Virus record (IMG/VR): IMGVR_UViG_3300035542_000028 | Coordinates: 1 to 33,582 of that record | Origin: a virus | Taxonomy: Duplodnaviria > Caudoviricetes | Length of the DNA stretch: 33,582 nucleotides | Direction: 5' to 3' (one strand) | Shown: positions 18,611 to 26,707 of the stretch, one piece after another | Position numbering within the stretch: the stretch's first letter is position 1 | How the letters are laid out: every line of letters starts with the position of its first letter | Program-made: the position numbers and the translations under genes | The notes under the pieces: model-generated | The model's database searches: none | What the model was told of the DNA's origin: nothing | The model's input: only the letters and a program-made list of their open reading frames with translations

Positions 18611-19033
18611 TTCGTTAAAAATGTTGTTGATTAATCTTGACCATGTATTTTTCATTGGTCCCGGCGCAGTCATTATGGCCATTTTGTAAGCTACTTCCGG
18701 CTCCACCCCGTCTTTTAATTCTTTCAAGTAATTGTGGTCAAACATCCATATGAAATCCCTGTCCGGTTCCCAGGCCAGAACATAAACCAAATCACACAAA
18801 TTCCCTCTACTTTGAAGCCATGCAACCTGGCCCATGGTCATGGTCGGTAGTTGAAAATAAGTTTCACCCACTTTGGCTACTTTCATCTCAATCCATCCGT
18901 GCCCGGATCTCCCGCTCACGGCTATATCCGGTACAGACACCGAGGTGTTGGATTCGATGCGGTCATATTCAACCCCGGCCATATCAAGCACCGGCTTTAT
19001 CCTGTTTTTCCAGAACCATTTTTCCGGTTTCAT
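18593..19033 (-). CDS. PD-(D/E)xK nuclease (VRR-NUC / Holliday junction resolvase-like)
   Basis: E..FW...RIES....VPDI...WIEMK...GQVAWL pattern. Confidence 0.8.
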   Translation of the reverse strand: MKPEKWFWKNRIKPVLDMAGVEYDRIESNTSVSVPDIAVSGRSGHGWIEMKVAKVGETYFQLPTMTMGQVAWLQSRGNLCDLVYVLAWEPDRDFIWMFDHNYLKELKDGVEPEVAYKMAIMTAPGPMKNTWSRLINNIFNEFNSNN

Positions 19034-19584
19034 ATTAGCTTGTCAATAAAGGTTTCCTCACCGGAAAGAATCTGAAGCAATACCTTTTCGCACCGGCCCC
19101 AGGGCCAATCCGGTTTTTCTTTTTTCATGTATTCAATATAATTGCAAAAGTTAGTGTACAGTTTTTCGTACACACTCTGTGCCTGACCGTTTACACCCTC
19201 CGTTTGCAGAAATTTTAGTGCATCAATATAATCGGCCATTTTTACAATAGCTAAACCAGCCTTTGGCATTTGTCTTTCAAATTCTTTAAATTTTGGGTCA
19301 ACCATCTCCTCAATTTCATTGAAAGCTTCTTTGGCTTTAGCTTTAACTGGTGAGGTTGTGTCACCCATGACTACCTCCGGAAGATCATGTAAAAGTGCCC
19401 ATTCCATGATCCAATTCCGTAATTGCAGATCCTCAATTCCAAACTCATCCAAAATAGCTATCGATATCATAGCCGCCATATAGCTGTGTTCAGCCAGTGA
19501 CTGTTCTCTCCTGCTGTGAACTATATGCCACCGGCGGACGTGTTGTGTTCGGTAAACATCAGGTAACGAAAGAGATGTGTTCAT
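19030..19584 (-). CDS. datZ: HD-domain dATP triphosphohydrolase (DatZ)
   Basis: R..HVRRWHIV...QSLAEHSY...ALLHDLPEVVMGD..SP.K...VKMADYIDA. The W-x-I and GDxxxP features resemble S-2L DatZ as I recall it, and the gene lies in the purZ cluster. Confidence 0.85.
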   Translation of the reverse strand: MNTSLSLPDVYRTQHVRRWHIVHSRREQSLAEHSYMAAMISIAILDEFGIEDLQLRNWIMEWALLHDLPEVVMGDTTSPVKAKAKEAFNEIEEMVDPKFKEFERQMPKAGLAIVKMADYIDALKFLQTEGVNGQAQSVYEKLYTNFCNYIEYMKKEKPDWPWGRCEKVLLQILSGEETFIDKLI

Positions 19585-20309
19585 ATTTGACTCCTATGCA
19601 TAAAAATTGATTCACAAGTAATGAAAGGCTTCCCTGCATAATGGCCAACGACCGTATTTCCAAAGTTAAACACCCGTTCCCAGGGTTCTGGTGCTAATAA
19701 TTCCGTAATAAATACGGTATTATTTTGTTCAATTAGCTTCTCGGCCCAGGCCCAGAACCCATCATGATTAAAAACAACACCATGAGCTTTGCATCGCCCC
19801 GTATATGGTGGGTCAAGATATATGATTGAATTGGTAATGACGGGGATGTTTTGATAATCACAACATTTCAATTTGAATTTGGTTTTGAGAAGTGTATTGG
19901 TTTTGAGAAGTGTGGATCTTTGTAGATTCGCGGCAAAATTTGTCCCTTTTTTGTTTCTTGCGTAACCACCCCACCATTTACTGCCAAAAGACATGCCATA
20001 TCCACAATAGGCAGTCATCGGGTCTTTTGGGTCTCGGTTTTTCTTGTAATATTGATATGTTTCTTCGGTCACAATATCCGGTGGCTCCCACCCATCAAGG
20101 AGTGCCCTCCACATGTTTATTAACGCCTCATTGGAATCACTAAGCCAGATGTCTTTTATCCCGTATTCCATGGCCAGAGGCAGAATACGCCAAGCCGTTC
20201 CCATTGCACCGCAGAAAGGCTCAACATAGGATAGCCCCGGTTTCATATAAGGTTCAATAAAAGTGGCTATCTTTGGTCCTTGCCGGTGTTTCCCGCCCAT
20301 ATAATTCAT
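19581..20309 (-). CDS. Dam-like (D12 class) N6-adenine DNA methyltransferase
   Basis: YMGGK, motif I YVEPFCGA, LSD.N..LIN.W and catalytic motif IV IYLDPPY; AGGAG RBS; ATGA overlap with datZ. Confidence 0.88.
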   Translation of the reverse strand: MNYMGGKHRQGPKIATFIEPYMKPGLSYVEPFCGAMGTAWRILPLAMEYGIKDIWLSDSNEALINMWRALLDGWEPPDIVTEETYQYYKKNRDPKDPMTAYCGYGMSFGSKWWGGYARNKKGTNFAANLQRSTLLKTNTLLKTKFKLKCCDYQNIPVITNSIIYLDPPYTGRCKAHGVVFNHDGFWAWAEKLIEQNNTVFITELLAPEPWERVFNFGNTVVGHYAGKPFITCESIFMHRSQI

Positions 20310-20322
20310 TTATTTGACTCCT

Positions 20323-20799
20323 TTAATCTGTGTATCCGTCATCTTCTTGGCTTTCTGGGACATAACCCTCAACATGTTGGTATGTTCCACTAACCGGGTC
20401 AAAGCCCCATGCCCGTTCCCGGTTTATTTGCATTTTGTCAGCCACAGCTTCAGAAATGTTGTGGATATCGGCTAAATGGGCCATGTCAACAGCCAGAATA
20501 ATCAGATCCGCGTATTCTTTGGGATCTTTTAATCCACCTTCAATTAGTTCCGATATTTCAACATGGAGCTTCATGAAGGTGTTGACTAGGGTTCGGTCTG
20601 GGAACACCCGGTCTGCCCAGGACACGACTTCTCTTTGGATTTCTTCAAGGCTTTGGCCCTGTGGTAAGCCGCCCTGTATTCCGCTTTGGCACAATCCTTG
20701 CATATCCAATCGTTCCTTTTCACCCTGCTCGGATAGAAATTCTCCATCGGTAGTTCCTCTTTGCATTTCCGACATACTTTTTTCATCATATTTCTCCAT
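20323..20799 (-). CDS. mazZ: MazG-like dGTP/dATP diphosphohydrolase (MazZ / DUF550-like)
   Basis: The core LEEIQREVVSWADRVFPDR...KL..EISELI....DPKEYADLIILAVD.A.L...AV..KM.INR.R.W closely resembles S-2L MazZ as I recall it, and it sits immediately after purZ. The start is uncertain (20799 or 20703). Confidence 0.85.
   Translation of the reverse strand: MEKYDEKSMSEMQRGTTDGEFLSEQGEKERLDMQGLCQSGIQGGLPQGQSLEEIQREVVSWADRVFPDRTLVNTFMKLHVEISELIEGGLKDPKEYADLIILAVDMAHLADIHNISEAVADKMQINRERAWGFDPVSGTYQHVEGYVPESQEDDGYTD
20586..20789 (-). CDS. Small zinc-finger protein overlapping mazZ in another frame
   Basis: KVCRKCKEELPMENFY...WICKDC (two CxxC motifs), with a GGAG RBS just upstream. Confidence 0.55.
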   Translation of the reverse strand: MMKKVCRKCKEELPMENFYPSRVKRNDWICKDCAKAEYRAAYHRAKALKKSKEKSCPGQTGCSQTEP

Positions 20800-20800
20800 T

Positions 20801-21868
20801 TTAAACCTCGGTTATGTTTTCAATTCCCGGCCCAAAGGCCATATATTTCATACACCTGCCAAACCCAATCATCTCTTTGCACATCCAATTCAAATCCTCT
20901 TTCAACTTATATGCGTCCTTTTCTGGAAGGTAGTCACAAAAGGACAAATATATTTCATCCGGTGTGCATATTGAAAGTGCCTGTTTTGTTTGTTCCAATG
21001 AAAAGTTGAACACCCGCCGTCTAAGTTTAGTGACTGTGGTGTATTCCGGTTTCTGGCCTATTTCTTCCCAGGTAATTTCATTCTGGTCCGAATAGCCCGG
21101 CCCGGAATAACCGATCATAACTCCATTTTCATCATATCTGTTTGCCACCCGAATCGGAAACGTCCGCATCACTCCGACTATTTTGCGCACTCTCTCCGGC
21201 GAAATAAGGGTGTCGGACATAATTTGTGCTGGCGTACATTCTCGACTGGTGCAGTATGGATAAAAACCGCTGTTTATTCCTAAACTGAAGCCTTGCGCAC
21301 CCTCAACCAAGATATCGTGGGAATCTTCAAGATGGTCAAGCCATTCGCCGGTGGATACAACCTTGATTTTCTTAAGTGTTGTATCGGACAAAAACCGCTG
21401 AATTTGATCCCGAAGGTCGCCAACAGTTATGCACCCATCCGGCTGCCTCATTAATTTGTCTATTAACGCCGCACCAGAGCCTTTTTTGGTGCTACCTATC
21501 CCGGTCATAGTGGCCTCTTCCTGATCCCGGTGCTTTTGTTGGACCACGGCAGCATTTTCATGAATAATGAGGGTTTTACCCTCAACCAAATCAGCACACT
21601 GCTCAAGTTCTAATTTGAGCCGTTTAGTGTCCACTATTGAACCAGGTGCGATCATTATCCGGCGCAATGTAGGACTTACTACACCATTGGCAAGCATACA
21701 ATGAACAAATTTCCGCCCATCCGCATCAATAAAGGTGTGCCCCGCATTTGGACTCCATGCTGTTATCACGGTATCTGGTCTGTTTTTGGTAGCAAGGTAC
21801 CCCGCGCATGCGCCCTTACCGGTTGAACCAAACTGCAAATCACAGATCAAAGTCACATTATGCTTCAT
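20801..21868 (-). CDS. purZ: PurZ, N6-succino-2-amino-deoxyadenylate synthase
   Basis: Short (355 aa) adenylosuccinate synthetase fold with DLQFGSTGKG (Ser where PurA has the catalytic Asp in GDEGKG). Other motifs: PNAGHT, EGAQGFSL, YPYCTSR, PIRVANR and TTVTKLRRR. It is flanked by mazZ and datZ. Confidence 0.95.
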   Translation of the reverse strand: MKHNVTLICDLQFGSTGKGACAGYLATKNRPDTVITAWSPNAGHTFIDADGRKFVHCMLANGVVSPTLRRIMIAPGSIVDTKRLKLELEQCADLVEGKTLIIHENAAVVQQKHRDQEEATMTGIGSTKKGSGAALIDKLMRQPDGCITVGDLRDQIQRFLSDTTLKKIKVVSTGEWLDHLEDSHDILVEGAQGFSLGINSGFYPYCTSRECTPAQIMSDTLISPERVRKIVGVMRTFPIRVANRYDENGVMIGYSGPGYSDQNEITWEEIGQKPEYTTVTKLRRRVFNFSLEQTKQALSICTPDEIYLSFCDYLPEKDAYKLKEDLNWMCKEMIGFGRCMKYMAFGPGIENITEV

Positions 21869-22161
21869 TTTGTGTCTCCATAAAATTGCTTTAGTGCCTT
21901 TCTCAAATTCCCCGGCCTGTTGCGGTCAATATTCTTCTTCTTGCACCATTCAATGAATTTCCGCTGATCGCCCAATTCTGCGTACACACTCCTTTCAAAA
22001 GTGTATGTTGGTCCAAAACATGGCCGACAATCAAAACGGGTTTCACTGAAAAGCGGGCACTGCGTCCCACAGGGTTCAAGTGAAAATGGACATATTTGAA
22101 GTGTCCAACCCGTTGACCGATAAACACACAAATTGCCTTTTTCGTTCAATTGACCTTTCAT
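21865..22161 (-). CDS. Cys-rich hypothetical protein coupled to purZ
   Basis: Likely start is ATG 22161 after AGGAG (98 aa), with CPF...CGTQCPLF and an ATGA overlap with purZ. Confidence 0.65.
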   Translation of the reverse strand: MKGQLNEKGNLCVYRSTGWTLQICPFSLEPCGTQCPLFSETRFDCRPCFGPTYTFERSVYAELGDQRKFIEWCKKKNIDRNRPGNLRKALKQFYGDTK

Positions 22162-22171
22162 TTGTGATCTC

Positions 22172-22423
22172 CTAAAATGGCATATCATCCATGTCATCGG
22201 TTGCGTTTTCTGATGTGGTATTCTGTTTTGTGTCTTCAATCGGGGTTACAGCCAGGGCCAAATATTTCTCACCATCGGATTTTTTGTGGTTTGTCCATGC
22301 TGATAGGTAAAAGTCCTCGCCCTTGATATTAATTTTCCCGGTCATAGTCGGGCTTTTATCTGAACGCCTTTCATGCTTGATGAACAAAACGCCCCTGTTC
22401 GTGTTGTCGTATTGTTCTGCCAT
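22172..22423 (-). CDS. Small ssDNA-binding-like protein (DUF736-like)
   Basis: Start ATG 22423 after GGAGG (83 aa), with N.GVLF...P.MTGKI...LSAW and an acidic SSB-type tail DDMDDMPF. Confidence 0.65.
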   Translation of the reverse strand: MAEQYDNTNRGVLFIKHERRSDKSPTMTGKINIKGEDFYLSAWTNHKKSDGEKYLALAVTPIEDTKQNTTSENATDDMDDMPF

Positions 22424-22424
22424 T

Positions 22425-22523
22425 TTAAACCTCCTCTCTGTTTTCTGAGTAACCACAATCGGGACAAAACCAAGTGCCCAATTCTCCTCGTTCCATCTCT
22501 TCCCCACAATTAGGACAAGTCAT
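22425..22523 (-). CDS. 32-aa zinc-ribbon microprotein
   Basis: Manual translation gives MTCPNCGEEMERGELGTWFCPDCGYSENREEV*. It has an AGGAGG RBS and a promoter directly upstream. Confidence 0.75.
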   Translation of the reverse strand: MTCPNCGEEMERGELGTWFCPDCGYSENREEV

Positions 22524-22544
22524 CTTTCTACCTCCTATTTTTAT

Positions 22545-22574
22545 AGCTTAACATAAAAACCCCATTATTGTCAA
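22545..22574 (-). promoter_or_regulatory. Promoter at the head of the purZ operon
   Basis: TTGACA-18 nt-TAAGCT with a TGT extension; the -35 contains the polymerase stop codon. Confidence 0.6.
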
Positions 22575-24418
22575 TGGGCATTTGTTAACGAATCTGCTTG
22601 TGTAGCTTCCCACCAATTTTCTTTTGGGCACCCAAAATCCACCCTAATCGGGACACGGAGTTCCGGCCTATCCTGAATAATCTTTTGTAACTCAAAAAGA
22701 TGTTTGGTTTCAGTATGCGGTATTGATATATTAAATTCATCATGGATATTTAAGAGCAAATGCGCATCTGGACACTCAGACTCTAGATATTCACAAATCC
22801 TTATTATACAATCTTTATTTAAATCTGCAGACGTGCCCTGATAAATTAAACCTGATGCTTTGTGTGTGAATTGCCCGCCAGGGAATCTGATCTGCCTGCC
22901 CATTAAAGTTTTTACATGGCCCCTGGTCTTAGCCACGGACGCCGCATTCTTGGCCATTTCACGCACACCAGGTACGGCCTCATAGTATTTGGTGATAACC
23001 TCCATGGCTTCATCACCCGGCTTTTTGTATTCATGGACCTGTCCTTTTTTGTCCACGAAACTTTCCATTGTGAACGGAAGCCCCATTCTTTCGGCCAATG
23101 CTCCACCACCCATGTTAAACACCATGGCCAAATTTATTTGCTTGGCATTCGCACCCCCGGACCGATTCGGGTTTCGCGGAAGTCCGGTGATGTCGGCCAC
23201 AGTTTGGTGGATGTCCAGATCAGGGTTGTCTTTGTATTTGTTTATCAATATTGGTGCATTCACATAATGGGCAAATACCCTGAACTCATGTTGATCTAGG
23301 TCCCCGTACGCCCATCCCTGGCCCTCATCCGGAAGAAATATGGGCCTTATAATCTTGGCTATCTCCTTATCCCTTGCCGGAATCTGTTGTAAGGCCGGTC
23401 TGGTATAAGAAAGACGTCCTGTCCCTGTGCCACCCTCATCACCCTTAGTCTGATTGATGTTCGGATGCACTCGACCTTTGTAAATATGGCCCATGATGTG
23501 ATTCCGAATGAAAGTATCCCTGGCCTTCATGAATTTTCGGCATTTTAATATCAACGCCGCTCCGGGATGTTTCATTTTTCGAAGTTGGTCGGCACCGATA
23601 CTCGGTTTCCCTGCCGGAGTTTCGGGCAATATGGTCCCGTCTACCGCTAACCATTTGCCGTCCTTGAATTTCGGGTCAAAAAGTTTATGAATGGAACCAG
23701 ACGGATTGGGGTTCACTTCAAAACCGGCTATCCTATTTAATTCGTGCTGTGTGTCCTTAATCTCATTGGTCAATCGTTCCGATGTTCGTTCAGCTAACTC
23801 CTCGTCAACCCGGATTCCATGCCGTTCCATCTTGAATACATGCGGGAATAATCTTTTTTCAAGTTGCCACACCTTATTTAATCCCCGCTTTTCGATCTTG
23901 TCTTCTTGCCATTGCCAGAGGTTCAATGCTAATCGACTATCAACCTTGGCATAAGGCTCAACAATACTTTTAGGTGCTCTATGTATGTTTTTCATTTGGG
24001 CGTTTCTAGTAGCTCGACCGCCAAAAAGTTCGGCCAACTTTTCATAAATATCATCTTCCTTTTTGGCTCCTAAATATTTTTTAGCCAACTTGTCCAAACT
24101 GTAACTTGGCAAATGCTCGTCAATAAGTGCTGCCCTGATCATGGTACATTCACACCTTCCGGGGTTCAAATCAATATCCTCATTCAATAACATGTGAAGA
24201 TCAAATTTTATATTGTGGTTCACTATAAGTGGACATTTCGGCAATTCTTCTCTTAGCCATTCAACACAACCCCCATCAACCCTGGTATCGAAATAATAAT
24301 CCCGGTCATTGGGTGTTGAAATTGCTATGCCAAATATTTTATCTTTCCACCAACTCAGCCCGGTGGTTTCAGTATCCAAACTAATTAATGGGAACTCACT
24401 GATCTTTGGAAATCTCAT
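22571..24418 (-). CDS. dpoZ: Family A DNA polymerase with 3'-5' exonuclease, DpoZ-like
   Basis: Exonuclease motifs DTETTG and HNIKFD; TGRLS; motif A GDLDQHEFR; motif B AKQINLAMVFN; KASGLIYQGTSAD; motif C IHDE. Family A is certain. DpoZ is inferred from the substitutions and the purZ linkage. Confidence 0.85.
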   Translation of the reverse strand: MRFPKISEFPLISLDTETTGLSWWKDKIFGIAISTPNDRDYYFDTRVDGGCVEWLREELPKCPLIVNHNIKFDLHMLLNEDIDLNPGRCECTMIRAALIDEHLPSYSLDKLAKKYLGAKKEDDIYEKLAELFGGRATRNAQMKNIHRAPKSIVEPYAKVDSRLALNLWQWQEDKIEKRGLNKVWQLEKRLFPHVFKMERHGIRVDEELAERTSERLTNEIKDTQHELNRIAGFEVNPNPSGSIHKLFDPKFKDGKWLAVDGTILPETPAGKPSIGADQLRKMKHPGAALILKCRKFMKARDTFIRNHIMGHIYKGRVHPNINQTKGDEGGTGTGRLSYTRPALQQIPARDKEIAKIIRPIFLPDEGQGWAYGDLDQHEFRVFAHYVNAPILINKYKDNPDLDIHQTVADITGLPRNPNRSGGANAKQINLAMVFNMGGGALAERMGLPFTMESFVDKKGQVHEYKKPGDEAMEVITKYYEAVPGVREMAKNAASVAKTRGHVKTLMGRQIRFPGGQFTHKASGLIYQGTSADLNKDCIIRICEYLESECPDAHLLLNIHDEFNISIPHTETKHLFELQKIIQDRPELRVPIRVDFGCPKENWWEATQADSLTNAH

Positions 24419-24433
24419 TTTGCTTTCTCCTTT

Positions 24434-25879
24434 CTAGAAATAATTTAAGGCATTCTGTCCATATACGATATCCAAAATGTTCTTACTTCTGGTTATCCCC
24501 ACATAAAAATTTCGTATTTCGCTATCTGGGTCTGATTGTGCTTTTTCTAAACTGCGTCCGCCTAGCGCATTGAGAAGCACCACCCGATCCGCTTCTCGGC
24601 CCTTACTGCCGTGAATAGTAGACATATGAATTGTAGGTTTTTCGAATAACTGACCTTTCTTTTCAATAGATTGCAAATAATAAGTCTGGTCCATTGGTCC
24701 TATCAAAACCTTAGCCCAATTCTTACCTTTCATGAAACCAAAATTTTGATCTTGGATATCTACCAAATATTTCGGACAGAATTTAGCTAAATTTTTGCGC
24801 TCTCCAGACTTTAAGTAACTTTGCCCCGTCTTTTTATAATCTCTAGTTGCTGTTATAAGTGAACGGATTGCTCTAGCCAATGGTGAATAAAAATAACCCG
24901 GCTCTCCAGAATCTATCACATAGGGAATGGCGTTGTCGATTAGGATTTGTTCAAATTCTTCCCGTAGTGAATGATTACGATATAAAAATAAAACATCCTC
25001 CCCGTGCGCTGGAACCGGCAAAGCGTAGGGAGAATTGAATTTCCTGATCAATCCGTTTTTATTCCTTGGCAGGTAGTCCTTATCAACACGATTTTTAATA
25101 TTTGATATTACCTGTATAGCCAAATTATAAACGGATTTTGGTATCCGGTATGACTGCTTGAGCACCTTGGATTCAGCCCTATATTTTTCGGCAAATTTAA
25201 ACATTCCTGCAGGGTCTGCACCACCAAAATTATAAAGTGACTGGTCATCATCGCCCGCTACCCAAATTTTTGGGATTTGCTTCACCCAATGTCTAACTAA
25301 TTTCCACTGCAAAGGCGATAAATCCTGTGCTTCATCAACAAACATATATTCAAATTCTGGGGCGTCAAAATCCAGGGCCAATGTTAACATATCCGTAAAA
25401 TCGTGTATACCGTAAGCCCCCTTAAATTCCTCATATTTTTTAACAAAAAATTCAAATTCCCGTGGTGATCCTTCCCTGCTGGATATTTGAATTGTCTGTC
25501 TCGGATGTTCATGAAGCAAATTCTTATACAGAGAATAAAGGGATAAAAAATAATCACCAAGACCAATTTGCTCACATTCTCCTGGGTTCGCACCCGTGAA
25601 CTCAAACCCGGTGATCCTTGAAAATTCTTTGTATTCTTTTTTGTTAATTACTTGGTCCCTGGACATACCAACAACTCGATATGCCAAACTGTGGATAGTA
25701 GAAACATTGGCCCTGGACAAACCTGCCCGATCCGCCATTTCCTTAGCAGCAGCTTTTGTGAACGACACAAAGCAAATACCTTCTTCCTCCGTACCATTGT
25801 CACACGACAATTTCATTTCGCGCAGTAATTCGGATGTTTTACCCGTTCCCGGCGGTCCATAAATAACTTTAACTTGCAT
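24434..25879 (-). CDS. UvrD/Rep-like SF1 helicase
   Basis: GPPGTGKT, SFTKAAA, STIHS, VDEAQD, GDDDQS, QSYR, STIHGSKGRE and YVGITR. Confidence 0.92.
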   Translation of the reverse strand: MQVKVIYGPPGTGKTSELLREMKLSCDNGTEEEGICFVSFTKAAAKEMADRAGLSRANVSTIHSLAYRVVGMSRDQVINKKEYKEFSRITGFEFTGANPGECEQIGLGDYFLSLYSLYKNLLHEHPRQTIQISSREGSPREFEFFVKKYEEFKGAYGIHDFTDMLTLALDFDAPEFEYMFVDEAQDLSPLQWKLVRHWVKQIPKIWVAGDDDQSLYNFGGADPAGMFKFAEKYRAESKVLKQSYRIPKSVYNLAIQVISNIKNRVDKDYLPRNKNGLIRKFNSPYALPVPAHGEDVLFLYRNHSLREEFEQILIDNAIPYVIDSGEPGYFYSPLARAIRSLITATRDYKKTGQSYLKSGERKNLAKFCPKYLVDIQDQNFGFMKGKNWAKVLIGPMDQTYYLQSIEKKGQLFEKPTIHMSTIHGSKGREADRVVLLNALGGRSLEKAQSDPDSEIRNFYVGITRSKNILDIVYGQNALNYF

Positions 25880-25899
25880 TCTCTATCCTTTCTAATTTT

Positions 25900-25926
25900 A
25901 GGGCTGGGCCATTATAACCCAGCCCT
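25900..25926. terminator. Intergenic hairpin
   Basis: AGGGCTGGG-N9-CCCAGCCCT with no U-tract on the minus strand, so it is at best a weak terminator or an mRNA-stabilising hairpin. Confidence 0.4.
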
Positions 25927-25937
25927 GATTCAGTTAT

Positions 25938-26675
25938 TTAGAACGGTGCATTATCGGCATCAGTATCAGCCTCCTCGGTTTCATAACTCCTATCTGCAGA
26001 AGCCGCCCCGGATTTGAGCAAATCATAAACCTGCTCGGCATGTCGATACGTGGGTTCATCTACAAACCCGACATTTTTAACATCCAAATTATAAAACTCT
26101 TGGCCCTGGCTATTTTCGGCGGGAACGCCAAGAAGCTTATACTTGCGGGAAAAACGATCCCCACCATTGATACGCACCAGGGAATTAAACTTCTTGGACA
26201 CCTTGAGCTTGGATTTGGACATGGACACCACAGCCTCTTCCTTTGTGCCATCTTCCTTCAGGATCAAGCAAAAATGCTGATGGGTCAAGACCACTTCCCA
26301 TTCATCCGGGTTATCCATTTCACTTACCTTGGCCCTGGCCTCTTCTTCCGTGGGGTGTGCACCATCAAATCCGCCACCAAGCTTCCGATCTCTCCAGACC
26401 AGGTATTCCTTGATGAACAGGATTGGAACAACCACGACTTCCGTGCCGTATAACTCACGGGTGACGGAATTGTAAAGCATACCTTCCTCAGCACCTTCAA
26501 TGTACTTCGAGGAAGATTTTTTCCGAACAGTTGAAAGGGATTGTACAACCTCTAATCGAGGAATAATCAAATCGTTGTGGTCAACCTCTTCAGATCCACG
26601 ACCGGTTTGATTTTTTAGAAAATCGGGCATATTTTCCTGTGTGTTCATTACTTCATCGTTTTTCTTCTTTGACAT
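25938..26675 (-). CDS. Putative ssDNA-binding/replication accessory protein
   Basis: 245 aa with DLIIPRL.VVQSLS...YLVWRDR..GGGF and an acidic tail ending in PF, located in the replication cluster. Confidence 0.55.
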   Translation of the reverse strand: MSKKKNDEVMNTQENMPDFLKNQTGRGSEEVDHNDLIIPRLEVVQSLSTVRKKSSSKYIEGAEEGMLYNSVTRELYGTEVVVVPILFIKEYLVWRDRKLGGGFDGAHPTEEEARAKVSEMDNPDEWEVVLTHQHFCLILKEDGTKEEAVVSMSKSKLKVSKKFNSLVRINGGDRFSRKYKLLGVPAENSQGQEFYNLDVKNVGFVDEPTYRHAEQVYDLLKSGAASADRSYETEEADTDADNAPF

Positions 26676-26707
26676 GTGAATTCTCCGTTTGTTGATTGGT
26701 TAAAGGT

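Noticed and set aside
19581-20309. Restriction-modification system formed by the MTase and the PD-(D/E)xK nuclease at 18593-19033
   Set aside because: The nuclease is a short VRR-NUC/resolvase type usual in phage replication modules, and datZ separates the two genes.
20801-21868. Annotation as host-like purA auxiliary metabolic gene
   Set aside because: It has GSTGKG rather than GDEGKG, is short, and is flanked by mazZ, datZ and a DpoZ-like polymerase, all pointing to PurZ.
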